Shown in pieces: positions 26,609 through 36,207 of a DNA stretch of 64,000 nt. The first letter of the stretch is position 1; the number at the start of each line of letters is the position of its first letter. Source of the DNA: an uncultured Pseudomonadales bacterium (lineage in GTDB: Bacteria > Patescibacteriota > Microgenomatia > UBA1400 > UBA12028); contig CAZBKJ010000001.1 in assembly GCA_964492495.1 (NCBI GenBank), positions 2,251 to 66,250 on the forward strand, in the 5' to 3' direction. The position numbers and the translations under genes were made by a program. The notes under the pieces are model-generated. The model did not search any database and was not told the origin of the DNA. It was given only the letters and a program-made list of their open reading frames with translations.

Positions 26609-28261
26609 ATGAAAAAAATACTTCATCGTCATTGGGTTAGCATCGTTTTTTTTCTCACCCCCTGGATTGTGTTTTTTTCTGTGCAGTGGCCACGGATGCT
26701 CTCAATGAGAGCAGATGGACTGTATTCGGGACATCCGTATCTTTGGTCTGATTGGTCGATGCACCTTACCCTGGTGTCAATGTTTGCATACCGTCCACCT
26801 GCTCATTGGTTTGATTCACTCCCAGTCTATGCAGGAGCCAATGTCACGTATCCATTTGTGACAAATTTGTTGTCAGGACTCCTGGTTCGGCTGGGAACTG
26901 GATTTCCATTTGCAACGACGGCGCCTTCACTTGTGTTTACGATCAGTGCGTTAGTACTTTTGTATGCGTTTTTATCATATCTTTGCTCATCAAAGATATG
27001 GGCAGTAGTGGCGGGATGGATTATTTTGTGTTCAGGTGGACTGGGGTTTTTCTTACAGTCACAAGAATTTAGCGTCTATCAGGTGTTCACTGACTCAACC
27101 CTTACTCTTACGCAAGACGGCCCGACTGGACTTGAAGTGAACTCACTTATTCCTTCGATGATTTTTCCACAACGAGCATTTACCCTAGGATTTCCTGTTG
27201 GGCTTTCTATTTTTCTAATTCTCCTTGTGAATTTTTGGCGCGTACACCCACAGGTATTTCCTCGTTTTGAAATACTTCGCAAACGCAAAACACTCGTTGT
27301 CGCTGGGATTTTTGCTGGACTACTTCCGATAATTCATACGCACACCTTTTTGGTCATTTTTCTTTTCAGTGCTTGGAGTTTCTTATTTTCATATAAGCAT
27401 TTTAAAGATTGGATGTATTTTGCTATTCCAGCTGCAATTTTGTCACTCTTTTGCTATATAACCTTTTTATCAAAGTCCGTCTACCCGTCCACTTTTTTTT
27501 CGTACAATCCGTGGTGGGTATCACAAGATGGTTTATTTCCTTGGCTTCTGTTTTGGTGGAAAAATTGGGGAGTCTTTGGGCCTCTTGCTATCATTGGAAT
27601 GATTTTTTTGTGGAGGAAGAAATCAAAAACGCTATTTTTGTTTTCACTGTTCTTTTTTCTTTTGTTTATTGTGTCCAATGTCCTGCAGTTTCAGCCACAA
27701 GTATGGGACAACACAAAAATGTTTGCATGGAGTTATATTGGTCTTTCTGTAGCCGTAGTCGAAACGCTTCGGCTTGTACATAAACATGCGACCGTAGGAA
27801 TTTCCCATGCGATTATCGGCATCCTGCTTTTTTGTTTGATGATTTCTGGAGGGCTAGACGTCATTCATACGTTGGATGCAAAGACAAAAACATTTCGCAT
27901 GCTTTCAAGTGAGGAGTTAACTCTGGCATCCTGGGTACGAAGGAACACGCCACCAGATGCGGTTTTTTTAACTGCATTTAGTGTCACAAATCCTGTGTCG
28001 ATGGCTGGAGGAAGATCAGTTCTTTCAGGACACCCAGGGTGGGCATATAGTTATGGACTTCCACATCTCAAGCGTGAAGAAGATATTAAGAATATGCTTA
28101 AAAACCCCTCATACTACCTAGCTCTATTTGATTCGTTGTCTGTAAACTACGTCATGATTGGACCCGCAGAACTAGAGCATACTCCCGACGTTGTGTTTTT
28201 TGAATCTGTGTTTTCTCCAGTCTATACAAATGGAACGCATACTATCTACAAGCGACTATGA
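26609..28261 (+). CDS. large polytopic membrane protein, GT-C-like (paralog A of a tandem pair)
   Basis: 550 aa. Shares YLWSDWSMH, YPFVTNLLSGLLVRLG, PQRAFTLGFPVGL and a C-terminal soluble domain (REEDIKNM) with 28258..29904. Confidence 0.4.
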   Translation: MKKILHRHWVSIVFFLTPWIVFFSVQWPRMLSMRADGLYSGHPYLWSDWSMHLTLVSMFAYRPPAHWFDSLPVYAGANVTYPFVTNLLSGLLVRLGTGFPFATTAPSLVFTISALVLLYAFLSYLCSSKIWAVVAGWIILCSGGLGFFLQSQEFSVYQVFTDSTLTLTQDGPTGLEVNSLIPSMIFPQRAFTLGFPVGLSIFLILLVNFWRVHPQVFPRFEILRKRKTLVVAGIFAGLLPIIHTHTFLVIFLFSAWSFLFSYKHFKDWMYFAIPAAILSLFCYITFLSKSVYPSTFFSYNPWWVSQDGLFPWLLFWWKNWGVFGPLAIIGMIFLWRKKSKTLFLFSLFFFLLFIVSNVLQFQPQVWDNTKMFAWSYIGLSVAVVETLRLVHKHATVGISHAIIGILLFCLMISGGLDVIHTLDAKTKTFRMLSSEELTLASWVRRNTPPDAVFLTAFSVTNPVSMAGGRSVLSGHPGWAYSYGLPHLKREEDIKNMLKNPSYYLALFDSLSVNYVMIGPAELEHTPDVVFFESVFSPVYTNGTHTIYKRL

Positions 28262-29904
28262 GATGGCGACACACACTTCCATTGCTGTTGTTATTTGTTA
28301 CGTTTGGAGTTTTTTTCATCGTGTTGTTTTCTCGCATGCTCGTCATCAATGAAAAAGGGTCATTTGTGTACCAGTCTCATGTGTGGAGTGACTGGGGGCT
28401 TCATATTTTCATGATCAACAGATTTGCGCACACAGATCCTTCAGAATGGTTTACACATAATCCAGCGTTTGCATACGGAAAGTTTACCTATCCATTTGTG
28501 GTGAATCTGATTTCAGGAATCCTTATCAGGTTAGGACTCACGCTCCAACTTGCGATCGCACTGCCATCGATACTCTTCTCATTTGCAATCATTGCAGGAC
28601 TCTATTTTGCAAATTTTTTACTATCAAAGTCTCGTGCCGTCTCTGTCATTGCTGTCTTTCTGTTTTTAACTGGTGCAGGAATGGGATTTGTTTCGTTTGT
28701 TCGTGAGTTCGCAGACAACCCCTCACTGCAGTTTTTTCTCTCCCTGAAAGATTACTCATCGTATGGTGAGTATCAGTGGTGGACAGGAAATATCGTTTCT
28801 GGAATGCTTCTTCCTCAGCGAGCATTTTTGCTCGGATTTGCGGTAGGGATCTGGATCATAGTGGGAATTATGTATGCAGTGTTGCGGTCTTCTTGCCGAT
28901 ACAGCAAGGAGATTCTTTTTTTCACTGGAATTGCATTTGGCTTTTTACCTATTATTCATGTGCATACTTTTATTGTTCTTTCGATTCTTCTTTTTTTCTA
29001 TTTTCTTGAACAGCGAAAGCATGTGCGATTACTTCTTTGGTTTGCCACTCCAGCTTTTTTTCTATCAGTTTTTTTCTTGCTTCGTTTTGTTCTCGTTGGC
29101 CTTTCAAGTGGCTCATTTCTTCAGTGGAGACCCGGATGGACAGCGACCAAAAATATCCAAGAGTGGATACACCTGTGGTGGAAACTCTGGGGAGTTTCAA
29201 TTCCTCTGAGCTTGATGGGGCTTCCTATTCTTTTGAGAAAAAAACAAATGCATGGATGGAGTATTGCGCTTGGATTTTTGTCGGTTTTTATCTTAGCAAA
29301 TCTCTTTTTATTCCAACCAAATTCTTGGGACAATTCGAAGTTATTTGCTTGGGTGTATCTGTATGTTTCTCTTTGCGCTGCGTATCTGTGTGTTTTTATA
29401 TGGAAACAATCTGTTATCGGAAAAGGTGTTGCGGTTTTCTTACTTCTCTGTCTTTGTGGAACTGGCATTCTAGAGCTGATCCATAATCTCAACCTAAAGC
29501 GCACCCCAACAGAATTAAACTCAGCCGAGGATATGCGACTGGGTTTTGAAATACGCTTGAAAACGCGTGCGGATGCTGTGTTTTTGACTGCCCCCACGAT
29601 CCATGAACCGATCATGACTTGGGGGGCGCGCCAAATTATGATGGGGTATTGGGCTTGGGCGTGGAACTATGGCTTTGATAATGGAAAACGGGAAGAGGAT
29701 ATCAAACAAATGTATACAGGAAGTGATGAAGGACTGGAGCTGATACGAAACTATCAGATATCCTATGTCGTGATTGGCCCTGCTGAAATTAATGATGTTA
29801 AACCAAACCAAGAATTCTTTACACGATTTCCTGTCGCTTTTTCAAACTCTTCATACAAAGTGTACGATGTTTCCGAACTGTCTTCAGGCTTAATACAACC
29901 ATAG
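28258..29904 (+). CDS. large polytopic membrane protein, GT-C-like (paralog B)
   Basis: 548 aa. HVWSDWGLH, YPFVVNLISGILIRLG, PQRAFLLGFAVGI and REEDIKQM show co-linear similarity to paralog A. It overlaps paralog A by 4 nt. Confidence 0.4.
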   Translation: MRWRHTLPLLLLFVTFGVFFIVLFSRMLVINEKGSFVYQSHVWSDWGLHIFMINRFAHTDPSEWFTHNPAFAYGKFTYPFVVNLISGILIRLGLTLQLAIALPSILFSFAIIAGLYFANFLLSKSRAVSVIAVFLFLTGAGMGFVSFVREFADNPSLQFFLSLKDYSSYGEYQWWTGNIVSGMLLPQRAFLLGFAVGIWIIVGIMYAVLRSSCRYSKEILFFTGIAFGFLPIIHVHTFIVLSILLFFYFLEQRKHVRLLLWFATPAFFLSVFFLLRFVLVGLSSGSFLQWRPGWTATKNIQEWIHLWWKLWGVSIPLSLMGLPILLRKKQMHGWSIALGFLSVFILANLFLFQPNSWDNSKLFAWVYLYVSLCAAYLCVFIWKQSVIGKGVAVFLLLCLCGTGILELIHNLNLKRTPTELNSAEDMRLGFEIRLKTRADAVFLTAPTIHEPIMTWGARQIMMGYWAWAWNYGFDNGKREEDIKQMYTGSDEGLELIRNYQISYVVIGPAEINDVKPNQEFFTRFPVAFSNSSYKVYDVSELSSGLIQP

Positions 29905-31002
29905 GCCTTTGATGAAAATATCTAATCCAAACAATGCTAGAGATCCGAAAATAAGTACGAGTGCAATGTATACGGGAAAGACACGTTCTGTCAGATCTTC
30001 AAGAATAAGGTACAGCGGAATAACAAGACCAAGGTAGCGAGCATTTGAGAGCCAATACGTTTGGGATGCTACAAGAAAAAAATTTCCAAGAATCCATACA
30101 ATCCATATGAGATTTGCTTTTCTTCTTTTCACAACAAGATACAAAACCAAGAGAAGTGGTGTTCCGAGCGTGATCGTTTGATCAACAAGATAGGTTGGTA
30201 AATCTTGTCTGGGCAGCGTTGCCAGTTTTTGAAAAGAAAAAGACTGTACTTCTTCCTTGTAGCGCGAAATAGGATCTGTAGCTGTTTTATGCCAATTGTT
30301 TGCTTGAATTTTTTGCCATGCAAGGGGATCGTTGTACAGTGCGATATTGATACTGGTATAGAGTAGAAATCCTGAAAGGATAATCGCTACAGCAGATAGT
30401 TTCTGAACTTTTTGTTTGAAGTGAAGCGTGGTATCTAGAAGTATTGTTCCTGCAAAAGGGAGAATAAATAAGAGTCCAGGAAGTCTGGTCATTGTTGCAG
30501 TAGCCCCAGCAAAAGAGGCATAGAGGTATTTTTTTTGAACTAGCAGATAGAGAAACAAACACGTCAAAAGAAGGAAGAGTCCTTCAGTATACAAAAGCAT
30601 GAAGTAAACAGCAGTAGGGCTTACGCACAGTAGTACAAACGCACGTATTTTTTTGTGTTGGCTGTACCCAATTTTTTCTAGGTACAGCAAAAAAAACGCA
30701 TGACCCGCAATCGAGGTGATGGCTGTTATTGTGATCGCAGAAAGTGTGGGTGAGATATAAAAAAGTGGATTTGCTCTGATAAGTAGAGGATACAAAGGAT
30801 AAAAAACAATGAAATTCCGTTCATCACCACTTGTGGAATATCCGTGTTCTGCTAGATACAAATAGTGTCGTGCATCCCACATAGAAAAACGCTGTGAGAG
30901 AAGGGAAAGTGACACTGAGGAATTATTTTTGAAAAGAAAAATCCCGAGGACAGCAACAAGTACGACCTGGTACATAACAGACCAGACCAACGCCCTTTTC
31001 AT
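29890..31002 (-). CDS. GT-C mannosyltransferase, PIG-V/GT76-like
   Basis: SQRFSMWDARHYLYLAEHGY...FIVFYPLYPLLIR matches the WDa.hYl.IA..GY ... FFPlyP signature of Mannosyltransf_2 (PIG-V). About 9 TM helices. Confidence 0.5.
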   Translation of the reverse strand: MKRALVWSVMYQVVLVAVLGIFLFKNNSSVSLSLLSQRFSMWDARHYLYLAEHGYSTSGDERNFIVFYPLYPLLIRANPLFYISPTLSAITITAITSIAGHAFFLLYLEKIGYSQHKKIRAFVLLCVSPTAVYFMLLYTEGLFLLLTCLFLYLLVQKKYLYASFAGATATMTRLPGLLFILPFAGTILLDTTLHFKQKVQKLSAVAIILSGFLLYTSINIALYNDPLAWQKIQANNWHKTATDPISRYKEEVQSFSFQKLATLPRQDLPTYLVDQTITLGTPLLLVLYLVVKRRKANLIWIVWILGNFFLVASQTYWLSNARYLGLVIPLYLILEDLTERVFPVYIALVLIFGSLALFGLDIFIKGLWLY

Positions 31003-31685
31003 GCAATGCTCCCAAGAAGGTCAGTGAACGTTTCTACTTTCAGTGAAGCAGATCCTACAAGAAAGCCATCTATCTCAGGTGACGTGAGTAGCTTCCTATC
31101 ACTAGTGGAGTTCACACTTCCACCATAGAGAAATGGCACGTTCCCAAATGCGGTTTTGACATGTTCCTTTACATCCAGAATATGTTCAATCGTATCTGTT
31201 TCATCTGATCCAATATGCTCGATTGGTTCAAAAGTAACAAGGAGTTTTTTGCGATCTGACTCATCGATCGCATTGGCTTGTGCATTTATTTCATCTTTTG
31301 TCACACAAATAATAGGAACTATATTGTGTTCGATACATTCACGAACTTTATTTGCGACGTCTGTATTTGTTTCATGAAAATATCGACGGCGTTCGCTGTG
31401 TCCAATAATCGCATATTTCACGCCAAGGCCTTCGAGGTTCAAACTTGAAACCGCACCAGTATAGGATCCCGCGGGATATGGACTGATATCTTGCACGCCG
31501 ATAAAAACAGTAGTGATTTTTTGTACCTCGTCAAACAGTGACAGATGAGGAAAAGCAGGGCAGAGGACGATCGTCGTTGATCGGTCGTAGTTTGTCTTTT
31601 GAAGTTGAGGAGCGAACTGCTTAACCCAATCAGCTATTTCTTCTGAATTTTTATTCGATTTGAAGTTGGCGATGACGTATTTCAT
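30999..31685 (-). CDS. tpiA: triosephosphate isomerase
   Basis: ANFKSNK, AIIGHSERR, VPIICV...GGSV; start taken at MKYVIANFKSNK (31685). ORF track start is 31745. Confidence 0.9.
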   Translation of the reverse strand: MKYVIANFKSNKNSEEIADWVKQFAPQLQKTNYDRSTTIVLCPAFPHLSLFDEVQKITTVFIGVQDISPYPAGSYTGAVSSLNLEGLGVKYAIIGHSERRRYFHETNTDVANKVRECIEHNIVPIICVTKDEINAQANAIDESDRKKLLVTFEPIEHIGSDETDTIEHILDVKEHVKTAFGNVPFLYGGSVNSTSDRKLLTSPEIDGFLVGSASLKVETFTDLLGSIA

Positions 31686-31805
31686 AGTGGAAAGTTTTTT
31701 TCTACTCTTGAATTGGACTATAAACGATAAACTACTTGCCCGCAATGCTTTCTATAGTTTGTAATTCTGTAGGCGAGTCAAGTTTTGGTGTGATACTATG
31801 GCGAA

Positions 31806-33875
31806 ATGGATATCTCCAAAGCACTCGATATACTCAATGAGGCACAGCGACAAGCGGTACAACATCCAATTGGAGTTCCTGCCATGGTGATGGCTGGTGC
31901 TGGATCGGGAAAAACGAGGGTGTTGACGACAAGAGTTGCCCACTTGGTTGCAAATCACAGTGTACATCCTTCTGGAGTTTTACTCGTTACGTTTACAAAT
32001 AAAGCCGCAGCTGAGATGACTACCCGTGTCAGTATGCTCACCGGATCAGGATTGCCTTTTTCAGGGACATTTCATCGTATATGCGCGCGGATTTTGCGAG
32101 CATCAGGAAAAAGTATCGGGCTTGATCCAAACTTCACGATCTATGATAGCGATGATCAGATTTCTCTGGTGACGCAAATCGAAAAGGAACTCGGAATTTC
32201 AACAAAGGAGTATCGACCGGCATCAATTCTGTCATTAATTTCGGGAGCCAAAAACGAACTTGTGACACCCATTGAGTACCACTCCCTTGCCAAAGGAAGA
32301 TTTCAAGAAACAGCCAGCCGTGTCTATCCTATTTATCAGCGACGACTGGCGCAAAATGGGGCTGTAGATTTTGATGATTTACTTATGAAAACCGTGGAGC
32401 TTCTGTCACAAGATGAGCCAACTCGCCGGTACTACCAACAACTTTTTTCCCACATTCTCATTGATGAGTATCAAGATACAAACACCGCGCAGCTCACTCT
32501 CACAAAACTTCTGTTAAATAGTGATCACAATCTTTTTGTGGTTGGAGACTTTTCTCAAGCAATTTATAGCTGGAGAGGTGCGGATTTTCGCAACATGATG
32601 TCTCTGCAAACACAGTTTCCTGAAATGAAAACCTATGAACTGTCACAGAACTACCGCAGTACCCAACCAATATTGGAAGCTGCAAGCGCTGTGATTGCCC
32701 ATAACAGTAGTCATCCTGTACTGGAGCTCTGGACAGATAAAAATGAAGGAGAAAAGTTGGTGTTGTTTGAAGCAGACACTGACAGAGAAGAAGTGAAGCA
32801 TGTGGTGAGAGAGACAGCAAGTTATCTACAGAAAAATCCTTTTGCAACTATTGCTGTGTTATATCGAACCAATGCCCAAAGTCGCGCGTTTGAAGAAGGA
32901 TTTTTGTCTGCAGGAATTTCGTACAGACTAGTTGGTGGACTGCGATTTTATGCTCGCAAAGAAATAAAAGATATTTTGGCGTACTTGCGACTGTACGTAC
33001 ACGCGGAAGATGAAATTGCCAAGGGAAGAATTGAAAAATTGGGAAAAAGAAAAGCTGCCGTTTTTTTCCAATGGCTTGAACAAGAAAAAGCAAGAGAAGA
33101 AGAAGCTGTACAACGAATGCAGACAGAAACAACAGACTCTGTAGAACAAGCACGAGCTGCATTTGAAATTCCCAATGCCAAAGGAAGTGAACAAGAGCAT
33201 GTGGAACAAAATGAGACTTCTGCGCTAGTCGTGGTTGACAAGATTTTAGAAAACACGAAATACATACAGAGTTTTGACGAGCATGATGAAGAAGATCGTG
33301 GAAGACTTGAAAATATTCAGGAGTTTCGATCTGTAGCCGCAAGTTACCCAACCATTCTTTCACTGCTTGAAGCGGTTTCTTTGATTGAGGAAGAAGCTCT
33401 GCGCAAGGAAACTGATGAAGATAGCTCTCGCGTAACGCTTATGAGTATTCATGGAGCCAAAGGGCTTGAGTTTGATCGTGTCTTTATTGTCGGGATGGAA
33501 GAAGGAATCTTCCCACATTCACGATCACTTCTTGCCCCTCAAGAGATGGAGGAAGAACGACGACTTTGTTATGTTGCAATGACTAGAGCGCGAAGTCATC
33601 TCACTCTGAGTTTTGCTCGCCAAAGACTCTTGTATGGACGTATCAGTGGCTCAGTGGTTTCCCGCTTTATTGCTGAAATTCCCAAAGATGTCGTGCAAGC
33701 AACTCTCTCCCCAAGAGTAGGACAGATGGTGTCACGTTTTACAGGAAGACAAAATTCATCCTTTGGTCAGCCAAAACCAGTAGAACGCAAGCAAGTATTT
33801 ACCTCTTTTGATGATCCTAGTATTGATGACTTTTTGGAAGGAAACATGGATATCGATGCCTTCCTATCTTCGTAA
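31806..33875 (+). CDS. pcrA: ATP-dependent DNA helicase PcrA/UvrD
   Basis: LNEAQRQAV, Walker A AGAGSGKT; SF1 helicase motifs throughout. -10 TGATACT lies 8 nt upstream (leaderless-type). Confidence 0.9.
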   Translation: MDISKALDILNEAQRQAVQHPIGVPAMVMAGAGSGKTRVLTTRVAHLVANHSVHPSGVLLVTFTNKAAAEMTTRVSMLTGSGLPFSGTFHRICARILRASGKSIGLDPNFTIYDSDDQISLVTQIEKELGISTKEYRPASILSLISGAKNELVTPIEYHSLAKGRFQETASRVYPIYQRRLAQNGAVDFDDLLMKTVELLSQDEPTRRYYQQLFSHILIDEYQDTNTAQLTLTKLLLNSDHNLFVVGDFSQAIYSWRGADFRNMMSLQTQFPEMKTYELSQNYRSTQPILEAASAVIAHNSSHPVLELWTDKNEGEKLVLFEADTDREEVKHVVRETASYLQKNPFATIAVLYRTNAQSRAFEEGFLSAGISYRLVGGLRFYARKEIKDILAYLRLYVHAEDEIAKGRIEKLGKRKAAVFFQWLEQEKAREEEAVQRMQTETTDSVEQARAAFEIPNAKGSEQEHVEQNETSALVVVDKILENTKYIQSFDEHDEEDRGRLENIQEFRSVAASYPTILSLLEAVSLIEEEALRKETDEDSSRVTLMSIHGAKGLEFDRVFIVGMEEGIFPHSRSLLAPQEMEEERRLCYVAMTRARSHLTLSFARQRLLYGRISGSVVSRFIAEIPKDVVQATLSPRVGQMVSRFTGRQNSSFGQPKPVERKQVFTSFDDPSIDDFLEGNMDIDAFLSS

Positions 33876-33893
33876 TACAGTTCGCTTTCCTAC

Positions 33894-34130
33894 TTGCACT
33901 TTGTGGTAAAAATTACTACGCTTATCTATAGTATGAAAAAAGCAAAAACAAAACGAAGTGGTGTCAGCAAAAAAACACAATCTCACAGAGCAGTCTTTTG
34001 TGACTGTGGATCACTCTTGTGTGATAAGAGTACTGGCTTTTGGGGAAAAGACCAACCAATGGTGCTTTTATTGTCAGCAGGAATTGTCATCCTTATCGTC
34101 GTTGGCTTATATCTGACGGGTTGGTTATAA
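33894..34130 (+). CDS. small protein with CxC...C motif and C-terminal TM helix, hypothetical
   Basis: 78-aa ORF; weak support. Confidence 0.3.
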   Translation: MHFVVKITTLIYSMKKAKTKRSGVSKKTQSHRAVFCDCGSLLCDKSTGFWGKDQPMVLLLSAGIVILIVVGLYLTGWL

Positions 34131-34139
34131 TAAACCCCT

Positions 34140-35171
34140 ATGCTCGTTCGTCCTCTTGGAAGTATTGATAGAACTGCGCTTGATGCAGTGGCTGTTCATC
34201 CTTTGCAGTCATATGCGTGGGGGGAGTTTCGAGGCGAAACTGGTCAGAGTGTCGAGCGAGTTGGATTCTTTGATCAAGGGAAGCTCAATTCCGTTCTCAC
34301 TGTCACGTTTCATAAAGTTCCAAAAACATCGTACACAATTGGCTACGTTCCACGTGGAAGTATGCCAGATGAAACGATGCTTGCGACACTTCGAGCGCTG
34401 GGTGAAAAATACAACGCAATTTCTATTAAACTTGAACCCAACGTGTCTGCTCCCGTCGCAAATACCGCTTCCCATGAAGTCACAACCAAATTTTTACTTT
34501 CGCATGGCTGTGTAGTTGGAAAACCATTGTTTACTCCCTATACATTTGTCCTTTCTCTTGAGCCTTCTGAAGAAGAGCTACTTGCAAACATGCACCAAAA
34601 AACCAGGTACAACATCAACGTTGCCATCAAAAAGGGTGTGCAGGTTGTCGAAGACAGTACGGAAGGCGGGCTTGAAGAGTACTTCACTCTCTTGGAAGAA
34701 ACTACCAAGCGCCAAGGATTTTATGCGCATGACAGAGAGTATTACCAAAAACTCTGGAAGATTTTATCCAAAGAAGGTATAGCCCATATTTTCAAAGCGG
34801 TATATGAAGGAAAGACCCTTGGTATCTGGGTTGTGTTTGTGTTTAACAAAACAATCTATTATCCATACGGGGCATCATCTCGAGAGAATCGAGAAGTGAT
34901 GGGAAACAATCTTCTAGCCTGGGAAGTAATAAAATTTGGGAAAAAGATGGGGTGTACCAAGTTTGATATGTGGGGAAGCTTAGGGCCAGAACCAAATCCG
35001 AAAGATCCTTGGTTTGGCTTTCATAAGTTCAAGGAAGGCTACGGTGGAACCCTCATGCAGTTTATTGGCACGTATGACTTAGTTTTGAATCCTCGCATGT
35101 ATGGTATAGTGCAAAAGCTCGATTCCATCCGATGGAAAGTGCTACGTATCAAGTCTAAATTTGGATTGTAG
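34140..35171 (+). CDS. FemAB-family peptidoglycan aminoacyltransferase (FemX/MurM-like)
   Basis: 343 aa; ANMHQKTRYNINVAIKKGVQV and the overall two-GNAT-lobe length match FemABX (PF02388). Confidence 0.65.
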   Translation: MLVRPLGSIDRTALDAVAVHPLQSYAWGEFRGETGQSVERVGFFDQGKLNSVLTVTFHKVPKTSYTIGYVPRGSMPDETMLATLRALGEKYNAISIKLEPNVSAPVANTASHEVTTKFLLSHGCVVGKPLFTPYTFVLSLEPSEEELLANMHQKTRYNINVAIKKGVQVVEDSTEGGLEEYFTLLEETTKRQGFYAHDREYYQKLWKILSKEGIAHIFKAVYEGKTLGIWVVFVFNKTIYYPYGASSRENREVMGNNLLAWEVIKFGKKMGCTKFDMWGSLGPEPNPKDPWFGFHKFKEGYGGTLMQFIGTYDLVLNPRMYGIVQKLDSIRWKVLRIKSKFGL

Positions 35172-35189
35172 AACTCTTGAAAGGAGTTG

Positions 35190-35916
35190 TATGTCACAAA
35201 ATATTGTTCCTGCGTATAAACGTATCCTCCTCAAACTTGGTGGGGAAATTATGCTGGGGAAGCGTGAGCATGGCGTCGACCCTGAGGCTGCGATGGAAAT
35301 TGCTTCTCAAATCAAAGAAGTCTACGAGACTGGTGTGCAGGTCGCAATTGTTATTGGTGGTGGTAATATTTTTCGTGGAATGGCTGGATCAAAAAACGGC
35401 ATCGATCGAGCCACAGCTGATTACATGGGGATGCTTGCGACCGTCATGAACGCGCTGGCATTACAAGATGCTCTGGAAAAAGTGGGAGTTCCAACCCGAG
35501 TACAATCAGCTTTGTTGATGCCAGCAGTGGCCGAAAGTTTTATTCGACGAAAAGCCCTTCGTCATATGGAAAAAGGAAGAGTCGTGATTCTAGCTGCAGG
35601 AACTGGCGTTCCGTACGTGACAACTGATACTGGTGCAACACTTCATGCATTGGAGCTTCACTGTGACATCGTCATGAAAGCAACAAAAGTTGATGGTGTG
35701 TATGACAAAGATCCAATGAAACACAAGGACGCAAAGCGATACAAGAAATTGACGATCATGGAAGCTATCCAAAATCCAGATATTGGAGTGATGGATACAG
35801 CTGGTCTTACCATGTGTATGGAAAACAAAATGAAAATTCTTGTTTTTAATGCATTTGAAAAAGGAAACTTACTTCGAGCTGTTGCTGGAGATGATATCGG
35901 AACACTGGTGGAGTAA
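35190..35916 (+). CDS. pyrH: UMP kinase
   Basis: KRILLKLGGE...IVIGGGNIFRG...; RBS aaggag 5 nt upstream of ATG 35190. ORF track start is 35161. Confidence 0.9.
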
Positions 35917-35948
35917 TCGAAAATTTCTGCAGTTGCGGGGAGACAGTT

Positions 35949-36194
35949 ATGAATAAAGAAAGAAGATTTGAATACCAAGAAGTTCCTTTAATAAAGGGAA
36001 TACTTGATTATGTAAAAAAGTATGGTCCAGTAAATATGGCTGATATATGGCAAGGGGGAAGAAACACAGGATGGATTTCTCCACAGGCTACGGAAAACGA
36101 AGTTAGAACATCAGTAGATAGGTTGCTTGAATCTGGAGAGTTGATATATACAAACTCATTTCGATTAAAAGCCTGTCCATCCGTTGAGAAGTAA
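35949..36194 (+). CDS. hypothetical protein
   Basis: 81 aa; AT-rich. Confidence 0.3.
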   Translation: MNKERRFEYQEVPLIKGILDYVKKYGPVNMADIWQGGRNTGWISPQATENEVRTSVDRLLESGELIYTNSFRLKACPSVEK

Positions 36195-36207
36195 GTTCAA
36201 ATATTTC

